A stretch of 64,000 nt of DNA from Gammaproteobacteria bacterium (GCA_965243395.1 CBDEUS010000002.1:320001-384000); one strand, 5' to 3'. Positions 1 to 11,480 are shown, numbered from the stretch's first letter. Translations and numbers: made by a program. Notes: a model not told the origin generated them from the sequence alone.

Positions 1-1
1 A

Positions 2-2734
2 AAAGAAAAGATTTATCAGCAAATACGTAATAGCAGAAAAGATGCAGATCGTTTTGTTCTACATGATGGCCCACCTTATGCAAATGGTGATATTCATATT
101 GGACATGCGGTAAATAAAATTCTTAAAGACATCATCATAAAAAGCAAAACCCTGTCTGGTTTTGATGTGCCCTATATTCCTGGCTGGGACTGCCATGGTT
201 TACCGATTGAGCATCAAGTAGAAAAGAAAATAGGTAAAGCAGGAACTAAAAAAACACATAAAGAATTTCGTGACGCTTGTCGTACCTATGCAGACAAACA
301 AATTAATAAACAACGTACTGACTTCAAACGTCTTGGAATATTTGGTGACTGGGAAAATCCTTATCGTACGATGGATTTTAGTTTTGAGGCCGACATTGTC
401 AGAGCGACTGGAAAAATTTATGCCAAGGGTCATATCGTCCGCGGTTATAAACCTGTTTATTGGAGTGTAGTTGGGGGTTCTGCTCTGGCAGAAGCAGAAG
501 TGGAATATCAGGATAAAACTTCTTTTGCAATTGATGTTCAATTTAATTTTGCAGATGAAAATTCTTTAGCGAAAAAAGTTGAGGGTATTGATGGTGATGG
601 ACCGATCGCGGTTGTAATCTGGACCACAACTCCCTGGACCTTGCCATCAAATCAAGCTGTATCATTGCACCCCGATCTGGACTATGTGTTCGTGGAGTGT
701 GCTGTTAACAACTCAAAACAACGGCTGTTATTAGCTGATGCACTGCATGAATCCTGTATGCAAAGATATGATGTAAGTAATTATAAAATCGTGGGGAAAT
801 GCAAAGGAAAAGATTTAGAAAATCTTCAACTACAACATCCTTTTTATAGTAAGACAGTCCCAATTATTCTTGGTGAACATGTCACCACAGAAACAGGAAC
901 GGGTGCTGTGCATACTGCCCCTGATCATGGTGTGGATGACTTCAATGTAGGAAAAGAATACGGTATTGGCACCCTAAACTTGGTCGGTGACAATGGAGTA
1001 TTCAAAGATGAAACTGAATTATTTGCAGGAGAACATGTATACAAGGTAGATGAAAAAGTTATTGAAACATTAATCTCGAATAATAAATTACTTCATCAGG
1101 AAACATTTCAACATAGTTTCCCACATTGTTGGCGTACAAAAACTCCTCTCATATATAGAGCTACACCACAGTGGTTCATAAGCATGACAGCAAACCATTT
1201 ACTACAAGATGTAAATGAACAGGTTACGCATGTTGAGTGGATACCAGATTGGGGGCAGGCACGTATTGTTAGCATGTTGGCCAGTAGTCCGGATTGGTGC
1301 ATTTCAAGACAACGTACTTGGGGTGTGCCTCTTACTTTTTTCATCGATAAGGACACTGAACAACCTCATCCAAATACTCCTGCCTTAATTGAAAAGATCG
1401 CTGAAAAAATAGAACAAGATGGCATGGATGCTTGGTACGAAATAGATATCAATGAAATCTTAGGTGATGAATCTGATCAATATAAAAAAGTGACCGATAC
1501 TTTAGATGTTTGGTTTGACTCTGGTGTAACGCATTATGCTGTTGCACAAAAAAGATTAGATGTTGATCTTGAGAATGGGGAAAAAGTAGATCTGTACCTA
1601 GAGGGCACAGATCAACATCGTGGATGGTTTCAATCATCTTTAAAAACATCAATTGCAATGAATGGTATTACCCCCTATAAGCAAGTATTAACTCATGGTT
1701 TTACCATGGATGCTGAAGGCAAAAAGATGTCGAAGTCTCTTGGAAATGTCATCGCACCACAAAAAATTTGTAATTCGTTAGGTGCTGATGTTTTAAGGCT
1801 TTGGATTGCGTCGACTGAATATAGCAAGGAACAAAATGTATCGGATGAAATACTCAAACGAACATCTGATGCGTATCGACGTATTCGAAATACGCTGCGT
1901 TACTTATTATCTAATCTCAATGGATTTGATCCGAATACTGACAAAGTAGCACCAACAGATATGGTAGCTCTAGATTATTGGATTGTATGGAAGGCTCAAG
2001 ACCTGCAAAGACAAATTAAAGAGCACTATGATAAATACCAATTCCATAATATTTATCACTTAATACATAATTTTTGTATTTTAGAACTGGGAAGTGACTA
2101 TTTAGACATCATCAAAGATCGTCAATACACCTGCCAGGAAAAAAGCCATGCACGAAAGTCTTCTCAAACTGCGCAATATCATATTGCTGAAGCATTAGTT
2201 CGGTGGATTGCGCCTATTTTAAGTTTCACATCTAATGAAGCCTGGGAGCATATACCGGGTGATCGCAGTCAACCGATATTTACTCAACTATGGTATGACC
2301 TCAGCGAGTTTGAGACATGTGAAAAAATTGGAAACACAGATTGGGATGGCATTCTTGAGACCAAAGAAAAAATCAGCAAGGAATTAGAAGAGTTACGAAA
2401 CCAAAAAGAAATAGGCTCGTCACTTGATGCCGAGGTGCAAATTTGGAATGCACCTGAATACCTGAAAAAAATTGAAAATGATGAATTGCGTTTTGTATTT
2501 ATAACCTCTTATGCAGATCTGGAGAATGGAGAAGCACCGGTTGAGGCAAAATCGATTAAAAATAGTGATGGTGCTGAATACTCAATCGTTGTGAAAAAAT
2601 CTAATCACAAAAAGTGTGTTAGATGCTGGCATCATCGTGAGGATGTTGGTTCTATTGCACAACATCCCGAATTGTGCAGTCGTTGTGTAAGCAACTTACC
2701 TGACGGACAAGGAGAATCACGAAAATATGCTTAA
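2..2734 (+). CDS. ileS: Isoleucine--tRNA ligase (5' end lies outside the window)
   Basis: Frame is open from position 2 and reads [15 protein letters not shown] (HIGH motif); [21 protein letters not shown] and a C-terminal CxRCW...CxRC Zn site follow. Confidence 0.98.
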   Translation, partial: KEKIYQQIRNSRKDADRFVLHDGPPYANGDIHIGHAVNKILKDIIIKSKTLSGFDVPYIPGWDCHGLPIEHQVEKKIGKAGTKKTHKEFRDACRTYADKQINKQRTDFKRLGIFGDWENPYRTMDFSFEADIVRATGKIYAKGHIVRGYKPVYWSVVGGSALAEAEVEYQDKTSFAIDVQFNFADENSLAKKVEGIDGDGPIAVVIWTTTPWTLPSNQAVSLHPDLDYVFVECAVNNSKQRLLLADALHESCMQRYDVSNYKIVGKCKGKDLENLQLQHPFYSKTVPIILGEHVTTETGTGAVHTAPDHGVDDFNVGKEYGIGTLNLVGDNGVFKDETELFAGEHVYKVDEKVIETLISNNKLLHQETFQHSFPHCWRTKTPLIYRATPQWFISMTANHLLQDVNEQVTHVEWIPDWGQARIVSMLASSPDWCISRQRTWGVPLTFFIDKDTEQPHPNTPALIEKIAEKIEQDGMDAWYEIDINEILGDESDQYKKVTDTLDVWFDSGVTHYAVAQKRLDVDLENGEKVDLYLEGTDQHRGWFQSSLKTSIAMNGITPYKQVLTHGFTMDAEGKKMSKSLGNVIAPQKICNSLGADVLRLWIASTEYSKEQNVSDEILKRTSDAYRRIRNTLRYLLSNLNGFDPNTDKVAPTDMVALDYWIVWKAQDLQRQIKEHYDKYQFHNIYHLIHNFCILELGSDYLDIIKDRQYTCQEKSHARKSSQTAQYHIAEALVRWIAPILSFTSNEAWEHIPGDRSQPIFTQLWYDLSEFETCEKIGNTDWDGILETKEKISKELEELRNQKEIGSSLDAEVQIWNAPEYLKKIENDELRFVFITSYADLENGEAPVEAKSIKNSDGAEYSIVVKKSNHKKCVRCWHHREDVGSIAQHPELCSRCVSNLPDGQGESRKYA

Positions 2735-3236
2735 ATGGTTGTGGTTAACGTTGCTTGTTGTCGTACTCGACCAAGTGAGCAAACAAATTGCAGTTAACAC
2801 TCTTATAATGCATGACCCACAAGCTTTTTTGCCTTTCTTTAATTTCACGCTAACGTATAACAAAGGTGCAGCATTCAGTTTTTTAAGCACTGCCGGAGGC
2901 TGGCAGCGCTGGTTTTTTACCGTACTTGCGATTGGAGTAAGCATTTTCATTTTCTTTTGGCTGAAAAAATTATCTTCTAAAGAAAAATTGCTTGCAGTGA
3001 GTTTGTCGCTAATTTTAGGTGGCGCAATTGGAAATGTAATTGATAGAAGCCTCTATGGCTACGTAATCGATTTTATAGACTGGTTTTATCCATCCAGTGA
3101 ATGTCTACCGTTTTTCTTTTCCATTAATCAACAAACCTGTCATTGGCCCACGTTTAACATTGCAGATTCTGCAATATTTTTGGGTGCGGTTTTAATTATA
3201 ATTCAAGCACTATTTAGTAAAGAGGATCATAAGTAA
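2727..3236 (+). CDS. lspA: Signal peptidase II (lipoprotein signal peptidase)
   Basis: DQVSK, NKGAAFS, GNVIDR, VIDFI and FNIAD motifs; follows ileS. Confidence 0.97.
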   Translation: MLKWLWLTLLVVVLDQVSKQIAVNTLIMHDPQAFLPFFNFTLTYNKGAAFSFLSTAGGWQRWFFTVLAIGVSIFIFFWLKKLSSKEKLLAVSLSLILGGAIGNVIDRSLYGYVIDFIDWFYPSSECLPFFFSINQQTCHWPTFNIADSAIFLGAVLIIIQALFSKEDHK

Positions 3237-4168
3237 TGCAGGTGTTGCTTGCCAATCCGCGTGGTTTTTGTGCGGGTGTGGATCGTGCAATTGAGATTGT
3301 AGAACGTGCGTTAGAAATATTTGGTGCACCCATCTACGTGCGTCATGAGGTTGTACATAATAAATTTGTTGTGGACAACCTGAAAGAAAAAGGTGCCGTT
3401 TTTGTCGATGAATTAAATGAAGTTCCTGATGGCTCTACAGTGATTTTTAGTGCACATGGCGTATCAAAGGCCGTGCAAAATGAAGCAAAAAATCGTGATG
3501 TTAAAGTCTTTGATGCAACATGCCCATTAGTAACAAAAGTACATTTGGAAGTCGCGCGCTATAGCAAAGATGGTTTAGACACAATATTAATAGGACACAA
3601 AGGCCATCCGGAAGTAGAAGGCACTATGGGTCAATATGATGATCACTATGGAGGGCAAATTCACTTAGTCGAAAACACACAAGATGTGGAAAACTTAAAG
3701 GTCACAGACATTAATAAAACAGCTTTTGTCACACAAACCACTTTGTCAGTGGATGACACCAGTGACGTGATCGATGCATTGCGAGTTCGCTTCCCTAATA
3801 TAACTGGCCCTAAAAAAGATGATATTTGTTATGCCACACAAAATAGACAGGATGCAGTAAAAAAACTGGTCGAATCTTGCGATCTCTTGTTAGTGATTGG
3901 TTCAAAAGCAAGTTCAAACTCAAATCGTCTCAGAGAAATTGCAGACAAAAATGGAATTGAAGCGCATCTGATTGATGGTCCAGAGTATATTGAACAAAAA
4001 TGGTTAAAGGATAAATACAAAATTGGTGTTACTGCAGGAGCTTCTGCACCCGAAATCCTTGTGCAACGTGTAATTGAATTTTTAAAAGAAAAGCACAAAG
4101 CGGTAATTACTGAAGATTATGGTATGCCAGAAAATGTAGTGTTTCCCCTACCAAAAATATTTAGATAA
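3236..4168 (+). CDS. ispH: 4-hydroxy-3-methylbut-2-enyl diphosphate reductase
   Basis: [28 protein letters not shown] and TAGASAP motifs. Confidence 0.98.
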   Translation: MQVLLANPRGFCAGVDRAIEIVERALEIFGAPIYVRHEVVHNKFVVDNLKEKGAVFVDELNEVPDGSTVIFSAHGVSKAVQNEAKNRDVKVFDATCPLVTKVHLEVARYSKDGLDTILIGHKGHPEVEGTMGQYDDHYGGQIHLVENTQDVENLKVTDINKTAFVTQTTLSVDDTSDVIDALRVRFPNITGPKKDDICYATQNRQDAVKKLVESCDLLLVIGSKASSNSNRLREIADKNGIEAHLIDGPEYIEQKWLKDKYKIGVTAGASAPEILVQRVIEFLKEKHKAVITEDYGMPENVVFPLPKIFR

Positions 4169-4182
4169 ATATTTAATAAAAA

Positions 4183-4305
4183 TTACCAACAAGCTTCGGC
4201 AGCATCTCTATCCGCCTGGGTTGAACTGTTGGTACATTTTGTACCACCTGTAATGCATTTTACTCCAACTTGATTAATAGATAGAGCACCGCAACGAGTA
4301 TTTCC
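4183..4305 (-). pseudogene. C-terminal remnant of a PilE-like type IV pilin gene
   Basis: Reverse strand translates to GNTRCGALSINQVGVKCITGGTKCTNSSTQADRDAAEACW*, matching the PilE C-terminal pattern CGxLxxNQxGxK...CW (compare the pilin at 5798); an in-frame stop lies upstream with no start codon or N-terminal helix. Confidence 0.8.
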
Positions 4306-4375
4306 AATAAAGAAAGACCATTTTGTTTATATTTATTAAGTTGCTTTAACTTAAAATTTTTCATTGCAGGGACTC

Positions 4376-4858
4376 TCATGGGCACGCTCCAGATGCGGAA
4401 CTTGCCTGACCTGATAAAGCAATAGTTATTACCCTTCTATGGTTATATCCGGTGTTACATGTGCTTGGTGTAACCGTTAATGTAATGACACTGGTACCTG
4501 CGATACTTCCGTCTGCCAAATAATTGATCGTTGCAGATGAGGAAGTTAAAGTTGAGTCTTCAAAACCATCAAAGTTGCGCAAGATAGTGCCACTCGCCGT
4601 TCCTACTCTGACGACCCAACCACCAGACCAATCTGTGCCTGATGTACTCGGTGTAATAAAAATATCTGTGTTCTGATTGATAGTTTCACTACGCGCATAA
4701 TTTAAGGATGCGACAATAGAATTTGTCTGCGCAGCAAGACGATTTTGCTTCAGGATTGCGCTAAACGATGGCACTGCAATGGTTGCCAATATGCTTAAAA
4801 CCATAATGGCAACCATTAACTCCATAATGGTGAAACCACCTTGTAGTTGCTTGTACAT
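4376..4858 (-). CDS. fimT: FimT/FimU-family minor pilin (GspH/FimT)
   Basis: Class III signal G|FTIMELM, ARSE motif, C-terminal cysteines. Confidence 0.9.
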   Translation of the reverse strand: MYKQLQGGFTIMELMVAIMVLSILATIAVPSFSAILKQNRLAAQTNSIVASLNYARSETINQNTDIFITPSTSGTDWSGGWVVRVGTASGTILRNFDGFEDSTLTSSSATINYLADGSIAGTSVITLTVTPSTCNTGYNHRRVITIALSGQASSASGACP

Positions 4859-5081
4859 AATCTTTGAATAAATCTCTCGATAGAGAGGGTGAAACCTCTC
4901 TCGCCCAACAATGCAAATTACTCTACATTGATAATTAAGGGTTTTTCACGGGTGTGTTCTAACTCGCTAGGATTCTCTGATGAGTGGAACACTTACTTTT
5001 AGAATGTAAAAGTTTTTTAAATGTTCAAACTATTTATTCAAGTTAGAGTTTAGTTAAAATCTTATAAAATGCAGATAAATA
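4833..5081 (-). repeat. Duplicated fimT/fimU 5' end and upstream region (copy 1)
   Basis: 4833-4989 aligns with 14060-14218, and 5026-5081 aligns with 14353-14408. Confidence 0.9.
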
Positions 5082-5123
5082 CAGATCGACTGTAAAATAT
5101 GAAATTTAATTTAGATTGAAGAT

Positions 5124-5242
5124 GCTCCTGCACCCGAAATACTTGGAACAGGGTTTTTAAAAGAAAAGCAGAAAACGGTAATTCCACAAGACTATGGAAA
5201 ACCAGAATATGTAGTGTTTTTGCTACAGAAATATTTAGATAG
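5124..5242 (+). pseudogene. Decayed duplicate of the ispH 3' end
   Basis: Aligns with 4040-4168; translates APAPEILGTGFLKEKQKTVIPQDYGKPEYVVF versus Isp[36 protein letters not shown], with a 9-nt deletion and a 1-nt frameshift. Confidence 0.92.
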
Positions 5243-5250
5243 GAACTACC

Positions 5251-5661
5251 CTAATCCCAATCACACTGGGCCGCAGTAAGAATAGCATTAATTACGTCTT
5301 TAGACTGATCCTGAAAAATTCTCAAATCACCGCAATCATCGCCTGTTTGCCGATTTGCACGTGTTGCAGTAAGCGTAAAGGTCTGTGAACCTGCACCTGT
5401 AACCGTAGCTGAAATATTATAGAAATTTTCTGGACTTGTTGTGGGTATTCCTGAATTTGCAATGGTCCCACTGTAACGCCCAAATTGAGTGTAATGTCTT
5501 TCCATTTTAGCGGCTGCATCCATTAGTGCAGCTTTGGCATCTGCACGTCTCGATTTGCGTATTTGGTCTTGGTATGAAGGATATGCTATGGAGGCAATGA
5601 TCGCTACGATCACCACTACAATCATTAGTTCAATTAAAGTAAATCCTTTATTTTTATACAT
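5251..5661 (-). CDS. pilE: Type IV minor pilin PilE-like
   Basis: KG|FTLIELMIVV, PSYQ..RR.DAK.AL, DDCG...C. Confidence 0.92.
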   Translation of the reverse strand: MYKNKGFTLIELMIVVVIVAIIASIAYPSYQDQIRKSRRADAKAALMDAAAKMERHYTQFGRYSGTIANSGIPTTSPENFYNISATVTGAGSQTFTLTATRANRQTGDDCGDLRIFQDQSKDVINAILTAAQCDWD

Positions 5662-5797
5662 ACGGCTTTGCCCTTAATTCGAGACTATAAAATTAGTATA
5701 GGTATAAAAGACTCTACGACGATTATACGGTAACTAAATACCGACTGTCGGTAAGTGAAACACCGCTCAAAAAATAAAATTTATTTACAGTTTTTAA

Positions 5798-6217
5798 TCA
5801 ACGCCAACAAACCGCTCCGCCTGAACTACCAGTAGCACCTTTAGTTCCTGTTTGATTATAAGTCAAATTACCACACTTTGCGTCTGCGTGAGAACCCGCC
5901 GGTGTGGCAGTTAGTGTATAGGAGGTTGCAGTAAGTGCAGAAATAGAGATAGCGTAATAACCATCTGTACTAGTTGCGGGAATGCCTGTGTTTGCAAGTG
6001 TTGCATTTGCGTAGTTATTGGTAGCGTTGCTATACATATACTTTTCCATGCGATTAGCGCCATCTAGTAATGCAGCTTTGCCATCCGCTCGTTTTGCTCT
6101 AGTCACATGATCCTGGTAAGCAGGCATAGCTATCGAAGCAAGCAAAGCCACTACTACCACTACAATCATTAGTTCAATCAGTGTAATTCCTTTGCTATAT
6201 GTAAATTTATTCATCAT
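5798..6217 (-). CDS. pilE: Type IV minor pilin PilE-like (second copy)
   Basis: KG|ITLIELMIVV, DAKCGNLTYNQTG...CWR. Confidence 0.92.
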   Translation of the reverse strand: MMNKFTYSKGITLIELMIVVVVVALLASIAMPAYQDHVTRAKRADGKAALLDGANRMEKYMYSNATNNYANATLANTGIPATSTDGYYAISISALTATSYTLTATPAGSHADAKCGNLTYNQTGTKGATGSSGGAVCWR

Positions 6218-6241
6218 ATTTCCTTAATATAAATTAACTGC

Positions 6242-9200
6242 TTACTTAGCTATTCTCCAGTTTGTTTCACCGCTCACAACTGCACTTTCTGTGTTCAATG
6301 TTTTCTGGAAAATTAAAGCGTTAGAACTTTGGCCAATACTATTTACTTGATTATTAGCCAATGTATTCTGCTCCGTATAACCAGTACCAATGTGTAAGTT
6401 AATCGTTGCAGTCAAACCACTACCTATGAATACAGAATCAATAACCTCAACAGGTCCACCACTTGTATCTGGATCTTCAAATACAAATATGTTACTGCTT
6501 GCCGTACCAGTTAAGTAATTAACGCCGTATAAAGTAGAACTACCTTCGTACTTACATACATCACCAGAAGGTTCGAATGCGGTGTAAGCTAAAACACCAC
6601 CAATTAAAACCGCTTGACCAACATTTCTTTCGTATGTTGTATTTGGACTTTCACCAAAATCACGTTTCCAGCCATGGTTTGCGCTCGTTCCAGTTATTAG
6701 CATTGATGATTTAAGCGCAATAAATGTTGATGCGTTACCATTAGAGTATGTAGCAACCGATGTAGATGAACCATTTTTATATAAATTCCCATCTGTTTTA
6801 ACAATCACATCGCTAACATCAACAATCTTCGAACTATCAACTGTTGCCCATGTAAACCCGCCATTAGCATGTCTAGGTTCTTTTATTCCATAAAAACTTT
6901 GCTGTGAATTATCGACAGCATCAGACCTAACTAGGAACCTTCCGGTACCAAAGAATATCCAACGGTTACCACTATCATCTAAACCAGCATTAGAGATTGC
7001 CGTGATAGGTCCGGTATTATTGAGCATGATATCTGCTGTCCAATTGTTGATATCATCATAAGCACCACTATCAATTGCACCAGTTCCATCACTCGTTCGT
7101 AACGTTAGACGATATAGCTTTCCTGCAAAGTTACCTGTTGTACCATTGACTGTGCTTATATATACAGCGTCCGTTTGAGTATCTAAATTATAGTCAACGG
7201 GGTACATTCCTGTAACAAATGCATTAGAAGCATCTCCAGTACCATTCAAAGTTAAAACACCTGATGTACCAAAGTCAGTTTCTAACTGCATTGTTTTTAA
7301 GTCAAACAAAAATAACTTAGCATGCTGGTCACTTTCAGCATTCTGCAATGCTGCTTGTGGGGTCGTTGCATCATTAGGACCAGATCCAATTAACAAATAC
7401 CAATCGTCAACACCACTTGAATTATTTTTCACGATTGGAGTTACATTAGACAATGTAAAACCAAGATCTGATGAAGAGTATTCCATTAACAGTTTTGGCG
7501 GATTCTCAGGATCTGTGATGTCTAAAATATATATTGAAGATCGTAGAGTTTGATCTACTACGGAATCACCATCAGTATCTACTTCAACTGGCCCACCACC
7601 AAATCGCATTCCACCAACTAGAATAGTCCCCCAACCATTCGGATAGGTTGTGCTAGGTGAAAATATTCTTGCATCAAATATACGTACTTCACCATCTACT
7701 ATTGAAATATGATCACCGTCTTGTGAACCATAATTTGGATCTGCCACATACTTGAGATGTGGAAGCGCATTGTAAGGAACATAGGCCCAAAGTTCAGAAC
7801 CTAAGTCGTATTTCGTTGTTGTACCGTAACCTTTTTCATACTCAAGTGTCTCTGGGTTGAAGTAACCGCCATTGAATGCATGCAACATTCCATCGTTACC
7901 GCCCGCAAATACTACAGAGCGACGATTTCTATAGGTTGTGAAAAAAGCTCCATAAGTTGAGAAGTTATTATTATCTGCATAAATCAGATGATAATTCTCT
8001 GGAGGGCGCGATACCGATTTTGGTGAAGAATAAACAATATCTCCAAGACGCCAAGTAACTAAATTACCACTCTTGTCGATAACTTTTCTAGTACGTAAAG
8101 TTCCTGTACCGCTTTGACTTTCACCTCTAGTGAAATTAACGATATTTGCAGCTTCTGTTGCATCTGCTGCATACAGCAATCCTTCTCTACTAATTCCAGT
8201 AGAATTAAATGCGGTGGGCAGAAAATCTTGTTGTTCGGCATTGGTAACAATGCCATCTTTAGTGCCCGAACCGCTACCATCGATACCAGTAATAATGTAA
8301 CGACCTGTTGTGTTCGAGTATGAACGTTGACTAGTTACATTGGCATCAGATAAAGATGATAATTCTTCTGCTGCGCTCCACACACGCTTAATATCAAATA
8401 AGGATTTGTCGTATTTTGCGCTGGAACAAGCAGCAAATTCAGCTGCTGTAGGTAAACTTGCTAACGAATCAGCAATATTCACACGTACAACCTGATTATC
8501 AGAATCTTCACACATGGAAATAATGCCGTCTTTTGTATAGTCATCTTCATCTAATATTTGATTTTGATCACCATCTTCACGAAGACGTCCGTAACTATCG
8601 ACGAGTGTTGCCGATACATCGCCTATCCATGTAGCACTGTGGTTAACGGTTGCACGCTCTTGTTCAAATCGTGCTTCAAATATTGCACCTTGACCACTTG
8701 CAGTACCCGCTAATACGGAAGCAGAACCACCGGAAGACACGCGTTTAAGAATCGATTCAAATGCTGCGAGTAACTCTGTTTCTAGTGCAAATCCATCATT
8801 TGCAAAGTAGAAAGTATCAGGTACACAGTTTCCATCTTCATCCCATTCATTGACTGTGCAAACACCACCATTATTGTTTATATAGGTAACAAAATCGGTG
8901 ACACTCTTATTATCTGGCTCGTTATCATTATTTTTATCATTAAAACCACCCATTGCAGCTGCACGCATAAGTCGATTGAGTGGAGTATTACCAATCGCTG
9001 ACATATCTTCGCCTAAAGCTGCCAATACATAATAAGAAATAATCTCTTGATGACCCGCTAAGTCATCACGTAAATCTTTATTTCTGAAACGATGTGCGAC
9101 TTCATCTAAGCCATCATCTTGATCAAAAGGATTACCAGAAGTGTAACCAGACACTGTTGTAATATCGTTTGGTAACGGGAATCCATTGCCATCGTCCCAA

Positions 9201-11461
9201 TCAGTGTATGGGGCTCCATCATTAAAATGTAAAACAAATGTTGTTTCACATGGGACTTTTTGACTCAGACTAGAAACATAATAAGGATCCCAGGTATTAT
9301 TTACTTTATATGCAGGATGTGGTCCTTGATTTGCAAGAGGAACCGGGTTGCCATTATCTGTTGCAGGGCCGTCTGGATCACCTTGACGTGCTGCATCATG
9401 CGGCCACGGAGCTGTATTTAAATCGGAATAAGGACTTGGTGCTTGTTGCTGCGCAACATACTGACCAATGTTGTAAAGTGATTCGGCAATAGGTGTTGTT
9501 GCCCAAACGAGTGGATGATCTTCAATTACATCAATTAAATCAGTTACCGGTGCGCCTACATAAGTTTCTTTACAAATATCCCAGTTAGTACGATCGGCTG
9601 CAGGCTTGAGTACATCTGGATAACATGGATTGAAAGTACCTCCGTCAAATGCTTTTCCGTCACCATTGTAAACACTTGTAGGGCTCTTGTTATGATCGTA
9701 GTTATATACGGCTAAGCCTAGATCCATACTTGCGCCCAACTTTTGAATTAAGCCAATTGGCTCATTGGGCTTATTTACGGTATCGGTTTCTTCAATTCCT
9801 AAATGAATATTAAACTGACCATTTGCAACAGTTGCTACATATCCTAAGTCTTCATCTGCATGCGTTACTTCATTGTCTGCAGATTTTTCTTCGTCAACTT
9901 GTATATCGATTTGCGTGGTAGACCACACTGCATTCGAAACACGTAAAGAAGCTGGATCAATACCAGCTAAAGTCAGCATATCGGTGACAAACATGGGTGC
10001 TGATGAAAATGTCGATGTAAATGTATGTGTGTGCCATGCTTGATCGACATCATCAATTTTACCTACCTCAAATTCCGCATCAGTGTCTTTTGTATTACCC
10101 GCAATTGGAAAAGATTCACCACTTTCTGGCGCCATCGCAATATAGTCCACCGTTTCAGCAGCATGTGGATCGATAGGTGATGCAGTGGATTTATCTTCTT
10201 GTTCTTGCAAACAGATTTCAAATGAAGATCTGCCTAAACTATCATTGCGAACTGTAACCGCATCCGCTTCATTAAAAGTTGTAGTAGCCGTGAATAATAC
10301 TGGATCTTCATCAAATGAATTGGCAAATACCACGGTCTGTCGTGAGTTAACTCCTAAACCAGGGTGATTACATAATGCAGTAACTGCTGCAACGGATCCC
10401 GCGTTAATTTCTACATCAATATCATTCGTGCCGCCACTACCATCAGGGACTTCAATTTCTAAGTCATAATCACCTCTGTCAGCAACTAAATAAAATAAAT
10501 CTTCAGTAGTGTGGTTACCATCTTTGTAATCCCATTCTTGCATGCGAATTTCAAAACCCGTTGTCGTAACATTGCGCACACGTACAACTGTTTCATCACC
10601 GCCGTTATAAGTAAGCGTTTTACCGATAACTGCAGGCGGAGTTGCATAAGTATTTTCAAATGTAATATCGTGCCAGTCATCTTCCGGTGGACCGATACTC
10701 CAATCCATCGTGACGATGCCCATCTCAACCGACTCACCCGCATCGTCTTGTAATGAAACAGCAGTAAAATTTGTGCTGGTTATACTCGTGCCCAACGGAT
10801 CAATTTGGCCGTTTGACATTTTAAAGATGGTTCCATCTGGAAATTCCGATGGAGTGTAGGCGCTACTAGTAGCATAGTATTTAGAGAACTGACGATCCTG
10901 TGGTTCATTTTGACCTAGGATTACATACCAGTCTTTACCACCAATACTTTCTGTAGCTCGATCTCTAATTTTGCCACCGATCAATACACGTCGTGCCACA
11001 TCAAAACGACGCATTGATAACCAGTTTAAGAAGTTTCCATCCCAACTGTCTGCTGGTTTTGCTGCAGGCTTTACAGCACTTTCTACAAAAAATAGCTTTG
11101 CAGGATCTGTGTCATATTTATAAAATTTTTGCGGATCAAAAAATCCATAGTATGTGAACGTAGGATCAAAGTTGTCATGTAAACCATTTTGCCAGTTCAC
11201 GCCACTCTGCCCATAAGCAGGAATTTTCATACTTCCTGAGGTATCCAGGGCAATAATTACATTAGGTTTACTTGCACTCGCAGCAAGAAATGGCGGAGTG
11301 GAAACATAAGTTCCTGGTGTTTCACCGGCGCCAAATGAAATAGATGATAAGAATAGCCCAAAGCAAAAAACCAAAATAGAAACAAAACTTCCAATTTTAG
11401 TAGTGTTTGGTTTAGTAAAAAGATTTTCCTTGAATAACTTCATTTGTCCATTTCCTTGCAA
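6242..11461 (-). CDS. pilY1: PilY1/PilC-like pilus adhesin, 1739 aa, with vWA domain, three lectin-like repeats and beta-propeller
   Basis: Signal peptide, MIDAS DTSGSM, LGDIVYSSP, GNDGMLHAF, ELWAYVP, FFGTG; located in the pilVWX operon. Confidence 0.92.
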   Translation of the reverse strand: MQGNGQMKLFKENLFTKPNTTKIGSFVSILVFCFGLFLSSISFGAGETPGTYVSTPPFLAASASKPNVIIALDTSGSMKIPAYGQSGVNWQNGLHDNFDPTFTYYGFFDPQKFYKYDTDPAKLFFVESAVKPAAKPADSWDGNFLNWLSMRRFDVARRVLIGGKIRDRATESIGGKDWYVILGQNEPQDRQFSKYYATSSAYTPSEFPDGTIFKMSNGQIDPLGTSITSTNFTAVSLQDDAGESVEMGIVTMDWSIGPPEDDWHDITFENTYATPPAVIGKTLTYNGGDETVVRVRNVTTTGFEIRMQEWDYKDGNHTTEDLFYLVADRGDYDLEIEVPDGSGGTNDIDVEINAGSVAAVTALCNHPGLGVNSRQTVVFANSFDEDPVLFTATTTFNEADAVTVRNDSLGRSSFEICLQEQEDKSTASPIDPHAAETVDYIAMAPESGESFPIAGNTKDTDAEFEVGKIDDVDQAWHTHTFTSTFSSAPMFVTDMLTLAGIDPASLRVSNAVWSTTQIDIQVDEEKSADNEVTHADEDLGYVATVANGQFNIHLGIEETDTVNKPNEPIGLIQKLGASMDLGLAVYNYDHNKSPTSVYNGDGKAFDGGTFNPCYPDVLKPAADRTNWDICKETYVGAPVTDLIDVIEDHPLVWATTPIAESLYNIGQYVAQQQAPSPYSDLNTAPWPHDAARQGDPDGPATDNGNPVPLANQGPHPAYKVNNTWDPYYVSSLSQKVPCETTFVLHFNDGAPYTDWDDGNGFPLPNDITTVSGYTSGNPFDQDDGLDEVAHRFRNKDLRDDLAGHQEIISYYVLAALGEDMSAIGNTPLNRLMRAAAMGGFNDKNNDNEPDNKSVTDFVTYINNNGGVCTVNEWDEDGNCVPDTFYFANDGFALETELLAAFESILKRVSSGGSASVLAGTASGQGAIFEARFEQERATVNHSATWIGDVSATLVDSYGRLREDGDQNQILDEDDYTKDGIISMCEDSDNQVVRVNIADSLASLPTAAEFAACSSAKYDKSLFDIKRVWSAAEELSSLSDANVTSQRSYSNTTGRYIITGIDGSGSGTKDGIVTNAEQQDFLPTAFNSTGISREGLLYAADATEAANIVNFTRGESQSGTGTLRTRKVIDKSGNLVTWRLGDIVYSSPKSVSRPPENYHLIYADNNNFSTYGAFFTTYRNRRSVVFAGGNDGMLHAFNGGYFNPETLEYEKGYGTTTKYDLGSELWAYVPYNALPHLKYVADPNYGSQDGDHISIVDGEVRIFDARIFSPSTTYPNGWGTILVGGMRFGGGPVEVDTDGDSVVDQTLRSSIYILDITDPENPPKLLMEYSSSDLGFTLSNVTPIVKNNSSGVDDWYLLIGSGPNDATTPQAALQNAESDQHAKLFLFDLKTMQLETDFGTSGVLTLNGTGDASNAFVTGMYPVDYNLDTQTDAVYISTVNGTTGNFAGKLYRLTLRTSDGTGAIDSGAYDDINNWTADIMLNNTGPITAISNAGLDDSGNRWIFFGTGRFLVRSDAVDNSQQSFYGIKEPRHANGGFTWATVDSSKIVDVSDVIVKTDGNLYKNGSSTSVATYSNGNASTFIALKSSMLITGTSANHGWKRDFGESPNTTYERNVGQAVLIGGVLAYTAFEPSGDVCKYEGSSTLYGVNYLTGTASSNIFVFEDPDTSGGPVEVIDSVFIGSGLTATINLHIGTGYTEQNTLANNQVNSIGQSSNALIFQKTLNTESAVVSGETNWRIAK

Positions 11462-11480
11462 TAAATTGCGACATTAAAAT

